Assembly: GCA_018814305.1 (NCBI GenBank)
Contig: JAHJAA010000060.1
Coordinates: 25,233 to 89,232, forward strand
Source of the DNA: Pseudomonadota bacterium
Lineage (GTDB): Bacteria > Desulfobacterota > Desulfobulbia > Desulfobulbales > JAGXFP01
Reading direction: 5' to 3'
DNA: 64,000 bases
The notes beneath the pieces are model-generated. The model was given only the letters and a program-made list of their open reading frames with translations, had not been told where the DNA came from and made no database searches. Shown here piece by piece: positions 51,951-61,886 of the stretch. Each line of letters begins with the position of its first letter. Position 1 is the stretch's first letter. Made by a program: the position numbers and the translations under genes.

Positions 51951-52831
51951 GCATCTTTATCGACCACAACACCCGTCTTCTGATTCAGGGAATCACCGGC
52001 CGCGAGGGGAGTTTCCACGCCCGCCAATGCGCCGCCTACGGGACCAAGGTGGTAGCGGGAGTCACCCCGGGCAAGGGTGGCACCATGTTTGATGCAATCC
52101 CGGTTTTCAATACTGTAGCTGAGGCCGTAAATACAACCCGGGCCAACTGCTGCCTAATCTTTGTTCCGCCCCGCTTCGCGGGTGATGCAATCATGGAGGC
52201 GGCCGAATCGGGCATTCCGCTAATCATCGCCATCACCGAAGGCATTCCGCTCCATGACATGCTCAAGATCAAAAACAGCCTGACCTTTACCGCAAGTCGC
52301 CTGATCGGACCAAATTGTCCCGGGGTCATCTCGCCTGGAGCCGCCAAAGCCGGAATCATGCCAGGAGCAATACACCTACCAGGTGGGCCGATCGGAGTGG
52401 TCTCCCGCTCCGGAACCCTGACCTATGAAGTGGTTCATCAACTGACCAAGGCCGGAATCGGCCAGACCACCTGCCTGGGTATTGGTGGCGATCCAGTGGT
52501 GGGAACCGACTTCATCGACTGCCTCACTGCTTTTGAGAAAGATCCAGCCACCCGTGGCATAGTCATGGTAGGCGAGATCGGCGGCAGTGCCGAGGAAGAG
52601 GCCTGCGAATTCATTACGTCCAAGGTAACCAAACCGGTGGTTGGCTTCATCGCCGGGCTCACCGCCCCGAAAGGAAGGCGAATGGGTCATGCCGGAGCCA
52701 TCGTCAATGGCTCCAGCGGTACCGCCACAGCCAAAATCGCGGCCATGGAACGAAGCGGAGTCCAGGTCTGCCGTGATCTGGGCCGGTTTGGAGATTTCTG
52801 TACTCAGATCTTCACCTCAGAGGGGGCATAG
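51947..52831 (+). CDS. sucD: Succinyl-CoA ligase alpha subunit
   Basis: [20 protein letters not shown] and RMGHAGA (phospho-His). Confidence 0.96.
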   Translation: MSIFIDHNTRLLIQGITGREGSFHARQCAAYGTKVVAGVTPGKGGTMFDAIPVFNTVAEAVNTTRANCCLIFVPPRFAGDAIMEAAESGIPLIIAITEGIPLHDMLKIKNSLTFTASRLIGPNCPGVISPGAAKAGIMPGAIHLPGGPIGVVSRSGTLTYEVVHQLTKAGIGQTTCLGIGGDPVVGTDFIDCLTAFEKDPATRGIVMVGEIGGSAEEEACEFITSKVTKPVVGFIAGLTAPKGRRMGHAGAIVNGSSGTATAKIAAMERSGVQVCRDLGRFGDFCTQIFTSEGA

Positions 52832-52832
52832 C

Positions 52833-53237
52833 ATGACCACCACTCCAACCTGCCGGGTTCTCATTGCCAAACCAGGTCTTGACGGACATGACCGGGGTGC
52901 AAAATTTATCGCTCGAGCCCTTCGTGATGCCGGGTTCGAAGTTATTTACACCGGCATCCGCCGAACCCCTGATGAAATCGCCGCCGCCGCCGTCCAGGAA
53001 GATGTGGCCGCGGTGGGTCTCTCTTCCCTTTCGGGTGCCCATCTACGTCTCTTTCCCGCAGTGGTTGAAGCTTTAAAAATAAGAGGAGCCGCCGATATTC
53101 CAGTCCTTGGGGGCGGGGTAATTCCCGAAGAAGATGTCCAGCTTCTGAAAGAAGCCGGAATTGTCGCAATTTTTACCCCGGGAACCCCCGTCGATCAAAT
53201 CATTGCCGCCTTTCGCACTCACTGTGAACACCATTAA
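52833..53237 (+). CDS. Methylmalonyl-CoA mutase, cobalamin-binding subunit
   Basis: KPGLDGHDRG (DxHxxG), SSLSGAH and GGVIP; start ATG 52833. Confidence 0.93.
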   Translation: MTTTPTCRVLIAKPGLDGHDRGAKFIARALRDAGFEVIYTGIRRTPDEIAAAAVQEDVAAVGLSSLSGAHLRLFPAVVEALKIRGAADIPVLGGGVIPEEDVQLLKEAGIVAIFTPGTPVDQIIAAFRTHCEHH

Positions 53238-53241
53238 CTCC

Positions 53242-54183
53242 ATGATCATGGTTGAGCACACCCAAACCCCTAATGATATAAGGGGCAATTCACCCCGAGC
53301 CATCGGACGCGCCATTTCAATGGTTGAAAAGGGCGGCCCCGATGCCGAGGCCATTCTTACCGGCCTTGACCCGGATCGAATTGCTCAAGCATTGATCATC
53401 GGGATCACCGGCCCCCCCGGTGCCGGCAAATCGACCTTGGTCAATCAACTCATTGCTGCCTTCAGGAAGCAACACCAAAAGGTGGGGGTCATTGCGGTCG
53501 ACCCGTCATCACCAATCACCGGTGGCGCTCTCCTAGGTGACCGGATCAGAATGATGCAACATGCCACAGACGACAATGTTATCGTCCGATCCATGGCGAC
53601 CCGCGGCCGACTTGGTGGCCTCTGCGCAGCCGCCGGTGGGGTTGTTCGGGTGATGGCTGGAGCCGGCTGCAATCCGGTGATTATCGAGACCGTGGGGGTC
53701 GGCCAATCGGAAATGGACATTATCAGGCTGGCTGATCTCACCGCACTGGTCCTGGCCCCGGGACAGGGAGATGATATCCAGGCCATGAAGGCAGGGCTCC
53801 TGGAGGTTGCTGATCTGCTGGTGATCAACAAATCCGACCGCCCAGGGGCAGACGCCCTGGCCCTGTCCCTGGAAACGGAAATTCGTCGACGCCCGGAAAG
53901 CCCGGTTGAGATTCTGCACACTGAAGCCGTAACCGGCAAGGGAATAATGGAGCTGGTTAGCGCCATCAGCCGTATTGACCTACGAAACAGAAAAAACGGG
54001 GAACTGACTCGCCGCCGACGTGACAACCTGGTCCGGGAGGTGATGGACTGGTCTCTGGAAATGTTACGCCCGCAACTGGCCGCCGACATTTCGAAAATGC
54101 CCCCGGAGATACTGGCTAACCCGGCGACCGCCGCCCGCAATCTTTTGCTCAGGTGGCACCCCAACCGTGAGGATCTTCCATGA
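53242..54183 (+). CDS. meaB: Methylmalonyl-CoA mutase-associated GTPase MeaB
   Basis: [37 protein letters not shown] and NKSD; start uncertain (53224-53248). Confidence 0.93.
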   Translation: MIMVEHTQTPNDIRGNSPRAIGRAISMVEKGGPDAEAILTGLDPDRIAQALIIGITGPPGAGKSTLVNQLIAAFRKQHQKVGVIAVDPSSPITGGALLGDRIRMMQHATDDNVIVRSMATRGRLGGLCAAAGGVVRVMAGAGCNPVIIETVGVGQSEMDIIRLADLTALVLAPGQGDDIQAMKAGLLEVADLLVINKSDRPGADALALSLETEIRRRPESPVEILHTEAVTGKGIMELVSAISRIDLRNRKNGELTRRRRDNLVREVMDWSLEMLRPQLAADISKMPPEILANPATAARNLLLRWHPNREDLP

Positions 54184-55820
54184 GCAAGAACAACGATTTC
54201 ACCCAATGGCAGGACAACCAGCTTGCCCGCAGCATCAAACGCTTTCCAGAGCGAAAGGGAAAATTCACCAACCATGGCGGTGACGAAGTTCCCCGTCTGG
54301 CTGTCCCCCCAGACCTGGATCGAGAATATCTCGACAATCTTGGCTTCCCCGGTTGCTATCCGTTCACTCGGGGTGTTCAACCCACCATGTACCGAGGACG
54401 CCTCTGGACCATGCGGCAATATGCCGGATTTTCCACCGCGGCTGAAACCAATCAACGGTTCCGCTATCTCCTTGACCAGGGGACCACCGGTCTGTCGGTA
54501 GCCTTTGATCTGCCCACCCAGATCGGCTATGACTCAGACGATGCCATGGCCATCGGTGAGGTGGGCAAGGTCGGCGTTGCCATTGACACCCTGGCCGACA
54601 TGGAAACCCTTTTTGAGGGAATTCCCCTGGACCAAGTCTCCACCTCCATGACCATCAATTCCCCGGCGGCAGTACTTCTGGCCATGTATATAGTCGTGGC
54701 GGAAAAGCAGGGAGTTCCCCCTGAAAAGCTGCGGGGAACCATTCAAAACGATATCCTCAAAGAATATGTAGCCCGGGGTACCTATATTTTTCCGCCCACA
54801 CCCTCCCTTAAGATCATCACCGATATCTTCCAGTGGTGCGGAACCAATACTCCAGCCTTCAATACCATTTCCATCTCCGGGTACCATATCCGGGAGGCCG
54901 GTTCCACCGCCGCTCAAGAAATAGCCTTGACCCTGGCCAATGGAATCACCTATATCCAAAGCGCCCTGGCTGCCGGGCTCGAGTTGGACGCCTTTGCCGG
55001 ACGCCTCACGTTCTTCTTTAATGCCTCAACCGACCTTCTGGAAGAGGTGGCCAAATTCCGGGCCGCCCGCAGGCTCTGGGCCAGGATTATGAAGGATCGC
55101 TTCCATACCGAAAAAGAATCCAGCATGATGTTGAAATTTCACACCCAGACCGCCGGCAACACCCTTACCGCTCAACAAATTGATAACAATATCGTCCGGG
55201 TAACCATCCAGGCCCTGGCTGCAGTTCTCGGTGGGACCCAGTCACTCCACACCAACTCCCGGGACGAAGCGCTGTCTTTGCCCACCGAAGATTCGGTCAG
55301 GACCGCCCTGCGAACCCAGCAGATCATCGCCCATGAGTCAGGAGTTACCGATACGGTGGACCCCTTAGCCGGTTCCTACTTCATCGAACAATTAACCGAT
55401 CGGATCGAAAATCAGGCTGCTGACCTGATGGGAAAAATTGAAGATGCCGGAGGGGTGGTGGCCTGTATTGAAAGTGGATTTATCCAACGGGAAATCGAAG
55501 CTGCCGCCTATGAATACCAGCAGGAAATCGAGCGAGGTGAACGGGTAATCGTTGGGGTTAACCGCTTTCAGGTGGAAGAAAATAACCGTCCCACCCTGCT
55601 CAGAGTCGATCCGGCAGTGGAAAAACAACAAATTAACCGACTCACCGGAATCAAAAACAACCGTGATTCACAGTCCGTTAACGCTCGTCTGACGAGACTT
55701 GAAAATGATGCTCGACAGGGTGTCAATCTGATGCCTGCCATCATCGACTCAGTCAAGGAATATATCTCCCTTGGAGAAATATGCTCGGTGCTGCGACAGG
55801 TTTATGGTGAATACCGGTAA
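54180..55820 (+). CDS. Methylmalonyl-CoA mutase, substrate-binding large subunit
   Basis: [45 protein letters not shown] and QSLHTN. Confidence 0.95.
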   Translation: MSKNNDFTQWQDNQLARSIKRFPERKGKFTNHGGDEVPRLAVPPDLDREYLDNLGFPGCYPFTRGVQPTMYRGRLWTMRQYAGFSTAAETNQRFRYLLDQGTTGLSVAFDLPTQIGYDSDDAMAIGEVGKVGVAIDTLADMETLFEGIPLDQVSTSMTINSPAAVLLAMYIVVAEKQGVPPEKLRGTIQNDILKEYVARGTYIFPPTPSLKIITDIFQWCGTNTPAFNTISISGYHIREAGSTAAQEIALTLANGITYIQSALAAGLELDAFAGRLTFFFNASTDLLEEVAKFRAARRLWARIMKDRFHTEKESSMMLKFHTQTAGNTLTAQQIDNNIVRVTIQALAAVLGGTQSLHTNSRDEALSLPTEDSVRTALRTQQIIAHESGVTDTVDPLAGSYFIEQLTDRIENQAADLMGKIEDAGGVVACIESGFIQREIEAAAYEYQQEIERGERVIVGVNRFQVEENNRPTLLRVDPAVEKQQINRLTGIKNNRDSQSVNARLTRLENDARQGVNLMPAIIDSVKEYISLGEICSVLRQVYGEYR

Positions 55821-55853
55821 TGTCTGTCCAGATATGTTAAATGAGGGATACCC

Positions 55854-56270
55854 ATGCTCAAAAAAATTGATCATCTCGGCTTCGCTGTTCATTCCATTGA
55901 TAAGGCTCGTTTTTTTTACGAAACTGTTCTCGGTCTGACCTGTGATGGTGAAGAAACCGTCGACTCGCAACGAGTGCGGATTGCCTTTTACCGGATCGGC
56001 GAGATACACCTCGAACTGCTCGAACCCACTGACCGGGAGAGTCCGGTTGCCAAATTCCTGGAAAAAAACGGCGAAGGTATTCACCATATAGCTTACGCAA
56101 CGGACGATATCCCAGCCCAACTCAACCGGGCAGCTGAAGCTGGCGCTCGACTCATCAATGAAAACCCGGTACAGGGGGCGGGCGGCAAACTTGTTGCCTT
56201 TCTCCATCCTAAATCAAGCAATGGTGTTCTGACGGAGTTTTGTCAGAAGATTGAAAAGGACAATCCATGA
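55854..56270 (+). CDS. mce: Methylmalonyl-CoA epimerase
   Basis: [20 protein letters not shown] and FLHPKS.NGVL.E. Confidence 0.93.
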   Translation: MLKKIDHLGFAVHSIDKARFFYETVLGLTCDGEETVDSQRVRIAFYRIGEIHLELLEPTDRESPVAKFLEKNGEGIHHIAYATDDIPAQLNRAAEAGARLINENPVQGAGGKLVAFLHPKSSNGVLTEFCQKIEKDNP

Positions 56271-57811
56271 AAAACAAACTCGATGAGTTATTAAAGCTTA
56301 GAGCCAAGGCTCGGATGGGCGGTGGCCAGAAACGCATCGACAAGCAGCACGCCCAGGGCAGGATGACCGCCAGGGAGAGATTGGCCCTTCTTCTCGACCA
56401 GGGAAGTTTTGAAGAGTTCGATATGTTCAAAACCCACCGCTGCACCCAGTTCGGCCTGGCAGATCAAGAGTTCCTTGGTGACGGAGTGGTCACCGGCTAC
56501 GGGACGATCAACGGCCGGATTGTTTATGTTTTCTCCCATGACTTCACCGTGCTGGGGGGGTCGCTCTCGGAGACCTTTGCTGAAAAGATCTGTAAAATCA
56601 TGGATCTCGCCGCCAAAAACGGGGCCCCGATCATCGGACTAAACGATTCTGGTGGTGCCCGTATCCAGGAAGGGATCGAGAGTCTTGCCGGTTATACCGA
56701 AATCTTCTTCCGAAATGTAATGAATTCCGGGGTAATCCCTCAGATCTCTGCCATTTTCGGGCCCTGTGCCGGAGGAGCCGTCTACTCACCGGCTCTGACC
56801 GACTTTTCCATCATGGTCAAGGGGAATAGTTACATGTTCCTGACCGGTCCCAAGGTGGTGAAATCAGTTACCCATGAAGACGTCACCGAGGAAGAACTTG
56901 GCGGGGCCATGGTCCACGCCACCAAGAGCGGCGTCATCCATTATGCGGCTGAATCAGGGCCCGATGCCATCGACTATATCAAAAAACTGCTGGCCTATAT
57001 TCCCCAGAACAACCTTGAAAGTCCTCCGGTTATCACCAACGACGACCCCCCCGACCGACGCGACGAAGAGCTCAACAGTATAATTCCCGACAACCCTAAC
57101 CTCTCGTATGATATCAAGGAAGTTATCAACCGGACGGTCGACCATGGCGAATTTCTTGAGGTTCAAACGGAATTCGCCCCCAATCTGGTTATCGGTTTTG
57201 GGCGTTTTGATGGACACCCGGTGGGGATCGTCGCCAATCAACCGGAATATCTGGCGGGAGTACTCGATAACGATTCCTCAATTAAAGGCGCTCGATTTGT
57301 CAGGTTCTGTGACTGCTTCAACATCCCCATCGTCACCTTTGTCGATGTCCCTGGATTTCTGCCGGGAACGGTCCAGGAGTATAACGGCATTATCAGAAAC
57401 GGAGCCAAGATGCTCTATGCCTATGCCGAGGCCACTGTACCCAAAGTAACGGTTGTAACCAGAAAGGCCTATGGCGGAGCCTATTGCGTCATGTCATCAA
57501 AACATCTGCGCGGCGATATCAACTACGCCTGGCCCACCGCTGAAATCGCGGTCATGGGGGCCAAGGGGGCCGTGGAAGTCCTCTACGGTCGAGAGTCACG
57601 CAAGCAGACGGATCCAGAGGCCTTTCTCGCCGAAAAGGAAAAAGAATACGCCGATGCAGTGGCTAATCCATTTCCAGCTGCCAAGAGAGGCTATATCGAC
57701 GACATCATCGAACCGGCCCGGACCAGATTCCGGATCACCAAAGCCCTGCAATTGCTGAAAAACAAGCGGGATACCAACCCCATGAAGAAACATGGGAATA
57801 TTCCGCTTTGA
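56267..57811 (+). CDS. Acyl-CoA carboxyltransferase (MmdA/PccB-like) subunit
   Basis: [33 protein letters not shown] and KKHGNIPL. Confidence 0.94.
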   Translation: MKNKLDELLKLRAKARMGGGQKRIDKQHAQGRMTARERLALLLDQGSFEEFDMFKTHRCTQFGLADQEFLGDGVVTGYGTINGRIVYVFSHDFTVLGGSLSETFAEKICKIMDLAAKNGAPIIGLNDSGGARIQEGIESLAGYTEIFFRNVMNSGVIPQISAIFGPCAGGAVYSPALTDFSIMVKGNSYMFLTGPKVVKSVTHEDVTEEELGGAMVHATKSGVIHYAAESGPDAIDYIKKLLAYIPQNNLESPPVITNDDPPDRRDEELNSIIPDNPNLSYDIKEVINRTVDHGEFLEVQTEFAPNLVIGFGRFDGHPVGIVANQPEYLAGVLDNDSSIKGARFVRFCDCFNIPIVTFVDVPGFLPGTVQEYNGIIRNGAKMLYAYAEATVPKVTVVTRKAYGGAYCVMSSKHLRGDINYAWPTAEIAVMGAKGAVEVLYGRESRKQTDPEAFLAEKEKEYADAVANPFPAAKRGYIDDIIEPARTRFRITKALQLLKNKRDTNPMKKHGNIPL

Positions 57812-57836
57812 GGGGTGAGGGGTGAGGGGTGAGGGG
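57809..57836 (+). repeat. Heptamer tandem repeat (TGAGGGG)x4
   Basis: Read directly from the sequence; the first unit supplies the stop codon of the carboxyltransferase gene. Confidence 0.9.
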
Positions 57837-57885
57837 ATTATGGCCCTTCTGTTTTGTACTGGCTACGGGAATAATGGGTGGAAAT

Positions 57886-58272
57886 ATGAACTTTCTCAGC
57901 AAAATATCCTTTGACAATCTTTTCAGTGCTGACCTCAATGCCATTTCTCTGAGTATTATTGGGATGTCAATAGTCTTCGCCGGATTGTCGATTATCAGTA
58001 TCTATGTCGCCCTGCTTCCTAAAATCCTCGCTATTCCTGGAAAAATTCGCAAAAGGCGGTTCGCTGCAAAAACAACATTACCAGCAGGTGATAATCCGAC
58101 CGAGGCGGAGGTGATGCTGGCCATTGGCTTGGCACTACACCTTGACAGTTTCAGCAGTGGTGAAAATCTCAGAATCACCTGGAACCGGGCAGACGAAGGA
58201 GTATCTTCCTGGCAGGCAGCAGGTCGCATCCGTGGTACTGCCGTCAGAAGTCACCTGCCCAGACGTCGTTAA
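57886..58272 (+). CDS. OadG/MmdD-family decarboxylase subunit
   Basis: GMSIVF.GL TM helix, EVMLAI.LAL and SSWQAAGR. Confidence 0.8.
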   Translation: MNFLSKISFDNLFSADLNAISLSIIGMSIVFAGLSIISIYVALLPKILAIPGKIRKRRFAAKTTLPAGDNPTEAEVMLAIGLALHLDSFSSGENLRITWNRADEGVSSWQAAGRIRGTAVRSHLPRRR

Positions 58273-58312
58273 ACTGTTGTCTCTTGATGTTAAACCAGCC
58301 AATGGTGGGAAA

Positions 58313-58744
58313 ATGCGCAAATATAACCTGAGCATCAACAATAATCCGTATGAGGTCTTGGTTAAAAGGGTATCGGATATCGAGGCTACGGTTGAAGTCA
58401 ATGGGATTGAACACACCGTGGCCATTCACAAGATCGAAACAGTGATTCCGGCCAGCTTGGACAAACGGGAAGCCAGTACTGTTCGCCCGACACCGGCCAC
58501 CTCCCCGGTCAGCCGGCCGCAACCCACCGGCAGCGGTGGGATTATTGCCCCCATGCCCGGTCAGATCAAAGCGATTCTGGTCCGCGAAGGCGACAAGGTC
58601 ACCGCCGGACAAAAGCTCATCGTCATGGAAGCCATGAAACTGGAAAACAAACTCCCCGCCGATCGCGACGGCATCATCAAACACATCCTGGTCCGGGACG
58701 GCGATATCGTCAACCAGGGACAGGAACTGGTTATTATTGAATAA
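58313..58744 (+). CDS. Biotin carboxyl carrier subunit (MmdC-like)
   Basis: APMPG and EAMKLEN biotinylation motif; Pro/Thr linker; start ATG 58313. Confidence 0.92.
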   Translation: MRKYNLSINNNPYEVLVKRVSDIEATVEVNGIEHTVAIHKIETVIPASLDKREASTVRPTPATSPVSRPQPTGSGGIIAPMPGQIKAILVREGDKVTAGQKLIVMEAMKLENKLPADRDGIIKHILVRDGDIVNQGQELVIIE

Positions 58745-58824
58745 AATCACTCTTCAGTATAACGAAAGATAATTCATCCCATGATTCAGAAAGAGCCTGA
58801 CTTCCCCTCCCAAAGGAGATCCCC

Positions 58825-59952
58825 TTGACCTTCCACGAACTCTTTATCCATTCGGGTTTAGCCTCACTGGAAACGGGCAACCTGCTGATGATCCTGATCG
58901 GTGGGCTGTTCATCTACCTGGCCGTGGCCAAGGATTACGAACCTTTGCTGCTTATCCCCATCGGGATGGGGATTATCGTCGGCAATGTTCCGCCGGTCAA
59001 GGGTATGCTCTTGGGGGTATACGACCAGGGTAGTGTCTTGTCGTACCTCTATTTCGGGGTAACCAAGGGCATCTATCCGCCGCTGATCTTTCTCGGAATT
59101 GGGGCCATGACCGACTTTTCCACCATGCTCAGCAATCCGAAACTTATCCTCCTCGGGGCAGCCGCCCAGATTGGAATCTTTTTGACCTTTATCGGTTCGC
59201 TCATCCTGGGATTCACTCCCTCCCAGGCGGCCTCAATCGGGATCATCGGCGGCGCCGACGGACCCACGGCCATCTTTCTCTCATCCATGCTGGCCCCTGA
59301 TCTCCTGGGACCCATTGCCATTGCCGCATACTCTTACATGGCCTTGGTCCCGGTGATCCAGCCACCCATCATGTATCTTCTCACCACCAAAGAAGAACGG
59401 CTCATCCGGATGAAACCGCCACGGGTGGTCTCCCGACGGGAAAAAATCATCTTCCCGGTGGTAGCCTTTCTGATCTGTGCCATGATCGCCCCAGGGTCCA
59501 TCACTCTACTCGGCATGCTCTTCTTCGGCAATTTGCTGAAAGAAAGTACGGTCACTGACCGATTAGCCAATTCGGCCCGTAATGCCATGATCGACATGGT
59601 AACCATCCTCCTGGGATTCACCGTGGGGGCCAGCACCCAGGCCCAGACCTTTCTGACCCCGAAATCGGTCTTCATCTTCGGCCTCGGAGCGCTCTCTTTT
59701 GTCATTGCCACCATGGGCGGAGTACTCTTTGCCAAATTCATGAATCTCTTCCTCACGGAAAAGATCAACCCTCTGATTGGCGCAGCTGGGGTCTCGGCAG
59801 TTCCTGATTCAGCTCGGGTTGTCCAGATGGTTGGCCAGAAGGAAGATCCGGGGAACTTTCTCCTGATGCATGCCATGGCCCCCAATGTGGCTGGGGTGAT
59901 CGGATCCGCCATCGCCGCGGGTGTACTCTGGTCAGTGCTGGGAAAATTTTAG
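58825..59952 (+). CDS. Sodium ion-translocating decarboxylase beta subunit (MmdB/OadB)
   Basis: YEPLLLIPIG, GAMTDF, IGIIGGADGPT, AAYSYMALVP and NFLLMHAMAPNVAGVIGSA. Confidence 0.95.
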   Translation: MTFHELFIHSGLASLETGNLLMILIGGLFIYLAVAKDYEPLLLIPIGMGIIVGNVPPVKGMLLGVYDQGSVLSYLYFGVTKGIYPPLIFLGIGAMTDFSTMLSNPKLILLGAAAQIGIFLTFIGSLILGFTPSQAASIGIIGGADGPTAIFLSSMLAPDLLGPIAIAAYSYMALVPVIQPPIMYLLTTKEERLIRMKPPRVVSRREKIIFPVVAFLICAMIAPGSITLLGMLFFGNLLKESTVTDRLANSARNAMIDMVTILLGFTVGASTQAQTFLTPKSVFIFGLGALSFVIATMGGVLFAKFMNLFLTEKINPLIGAAGVSAVPDSARVVQMVGQKEDPGNFLLMHAMAPNVAGVIGSAIAAGVLWSVLGKF

Positions 59953-59997
59953 ATGCTTTTGGAGGTGTTAAGGGAACTTCAGCAGAAAAGAGGCAAA

Positions 59998-60381
59998 CTA
60001 CCCCATCATTCGCCGGGCAGTTTCGACCTTACGTAAGAGTTCAACATGAAACTCCTGAGTCGGCGCAAGATTCGGCAGATCACGTAAAATCTCTTGAATC
60101 TTCCCATTCGCCATATTTACTTCCTGTCGGCTAGGCCTGGCCAGAAATTCGTTAATCACCAAGGCCTCGGCACTGATCAATTCCTCCTGCCGTCCATTCA
60201 AAACCGCAGCCCACACCAGATGGACCGAGTCTGGATTAATCTTGGGATCAGACGACCAACAGGCGGGAGGTTGCTGCAGAACCCCCTGCTTCTTGACCAG
60301 AGCAACCCGAAGAAGTTGCGCCAGAGGCTCTACAGGAGGCATGACTCCAGCCTGTAACGAGGTGATCATTTTGGAAAACAT
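59998..60381 (-). CDS. Hypothetical protein
   Basis: 127-aa ORF filling the gap, co-oriented with pfk/glgP; no recognised motif. Confidence 0.55.
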   Translation of the reverse strand: MFSKMITSLQAGVMPPVEPLAQLLRVALVKKQGVLQQPPACWSSDPKINPDSVHLVWAAVLNGRQEELISAEALVINEFLARPSRQEVNMANGKIQEILRDLPNLAPTQEFHVELLRKVETARRMMG

Positions 60382-60392
60382 GAGGGCGGTTA

Positions 60393-60553
60393 GATTGGTT
60401 GAATTAGTTTGATTGGTTTGATTGGTTATATGGATTGTCGCACTCTATTTACATCAATCTTTGGCAGCTCCCCTCTCACTCAAAAAACGTCTATGTTAAG
60501 AAACAAACCCGCCCAGAAAACAAATAAAACCAATTCAACTAATCAAACCAATC
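60393..60553. repeat. Inverted pair of degenerate 9-mer tandem repeats (GATTGGTTT)n / (AAACCAATC)n
   Basis: About 4 units at 60393-60427 and about 3 reverse-complement units at 60527-60553. Confidence 0.7.
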
Positions 60554-60567
60554 CAACAGTTCTACGC

Positions 60568-61857
60568 CTAGTCAGTGACCTCTAAAACCGATCGCCACAT
60601 GGAACTGTTGACATCAACGGTCTGTTTGCGACTCAAGGCAAGACTGATGGGGACCAGGCAGAAATGCTGATTCCAGTACCCGACCAGGCAGTTCGTCCGA
60701 CCGGCCATCCCAGTGTGGACCGCATAGTTGCCAAGCTGCAGGCAAAAAGAAGAATCAATACCGTTGGCTGGAGTGGATCGGATCAGATAACTCGGATCGA
60801 TATACTTGATGGCATGGGGCATCTTCCTCTCATCAAGATAGGAAGCGATATTGGCCTTCAAAAAAGGACCGATATCCTTGAGCCGGGGATTACCGGATTC
60901 ATCAAAACTCAAATATCCGTCAGAATTAAGCAGTTCCTGCCCCACCCCCTCTGCAACCACAATAACCAGATGACCCTTGTCACGGAGCCTGTGCTCCACC
61001 CTTTGAAACAATCGATCAAGATTAAAGGGTTCTTCAGGAATCAGGCAGATATTGACATTACCAGAGGCAAGGGTGGCATGGGCTGCAATGAATCCGGCGT
61101 CCCGACCCATCAATTTAACCAGCCCGATCCCGTTTTTCAGGCAGGTTGCCTCCACATGGGCCGCATTAATCGCCCGCCGGGCCTCTTCCACCGCCGTATC
61201 GAACCCAAAAGACCGCTGGATAAACGAGATATCGTTATCAATGGTTTTCGGAATTCCGATCACCGCGATATCGGCTGATCTTCTGGCAACCTCTTCAGCT
61301 ATTTTCGTACTGCCCCGCTGGGTTCCATCTCCACCGATCACAAAGAGAATGGAGACTCTCCATTCCTGCAGACAATCCACCATCTTAGGGACCGACTGGG
61401 CACCCCTCGAGGATCCAAGGATCGTACCACCCTGTTCATGGATGTTATGGACCATGGCGTGGTCAAGCTCCACCACATCATCCTCACCGGAAGTAAGTCC
61501 GGCAAAACCATTTCGAAAGCCATACACCTTCTTCACCTTATAGGCATCCAAACCACTATAGGTGATTGAGCGAATGACATCGTTCAAGCCTGGGCAAAGT
61601 CCACCGCAGGTTACGATACCGATGACCACCTCGGATGGATCGAAATGAAGGAGCTTGGCAGGACCGGGTCGTTCGAAACTGCGCACGTGGGAATCAACAA
61701 GTCCCTCCGGACCAATGACATTGTTGTAGAGAACCCGTTCACCCATCCGGAAAAATCCGGCTGACAATTTCAGGGGGGTCGGATATCGGTTTTCCCCAAG
61801 GCTCATAGTGTTAAAATGGTCCTGGGTCAGTTCGTCATCTCTATGCATAATCGCCAT
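60568..61857 (-). CDS. pfkA: ATP-dependent 6-phosphofructokinase (group X type)
   Basis: TCGGLCPGLN, GGTILGSSRG, GGDG, PKTIDND, MGRDAG and IDPSYLIRS; start 61857 or 61848. Confidence 0.9.
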   Translation of the reverse strand: MAIMHRDDELTQDHFNTMSLGENRYPTPLKLSAGFFRMGERVLYNNVIGPEGLVDSHVRSFERPGPAKLLHFDPSEVVIGIVTCGGLCPGLNDVIRSITYSGLDAYKVKKVYGFRNGFAGLTSGEDDVVELDHAMVHNIHEQGGTILGSSRGAQSVPKMVDCLQEWRVSILFVIGGDGTQRGSTKIAEEVARRSADIAVIGIPKTIDNDISFIQRSFGFDTAVEEARRAINAAHVEATCLKNGIGLVKLMGRDAGFIAAHATLASGNVNICLIPEEPFNLDRLFQRVEHRLRDKGHLVIVVAEGVGQELLNSDGYLSFDESGNPRLKDIGPFLKANIASYLDERKMPHAIKYIDPSYLIRSTPANGIDSSFCLQLGNYAVHTGMAGRTNCLVGYWNQHFCLVPISLALSRKQTVDVNSSMWRSVLEVTD

Positions 61858-61886
61858 CAGGTGTTTCAACCTTATATTGTGCTGGA

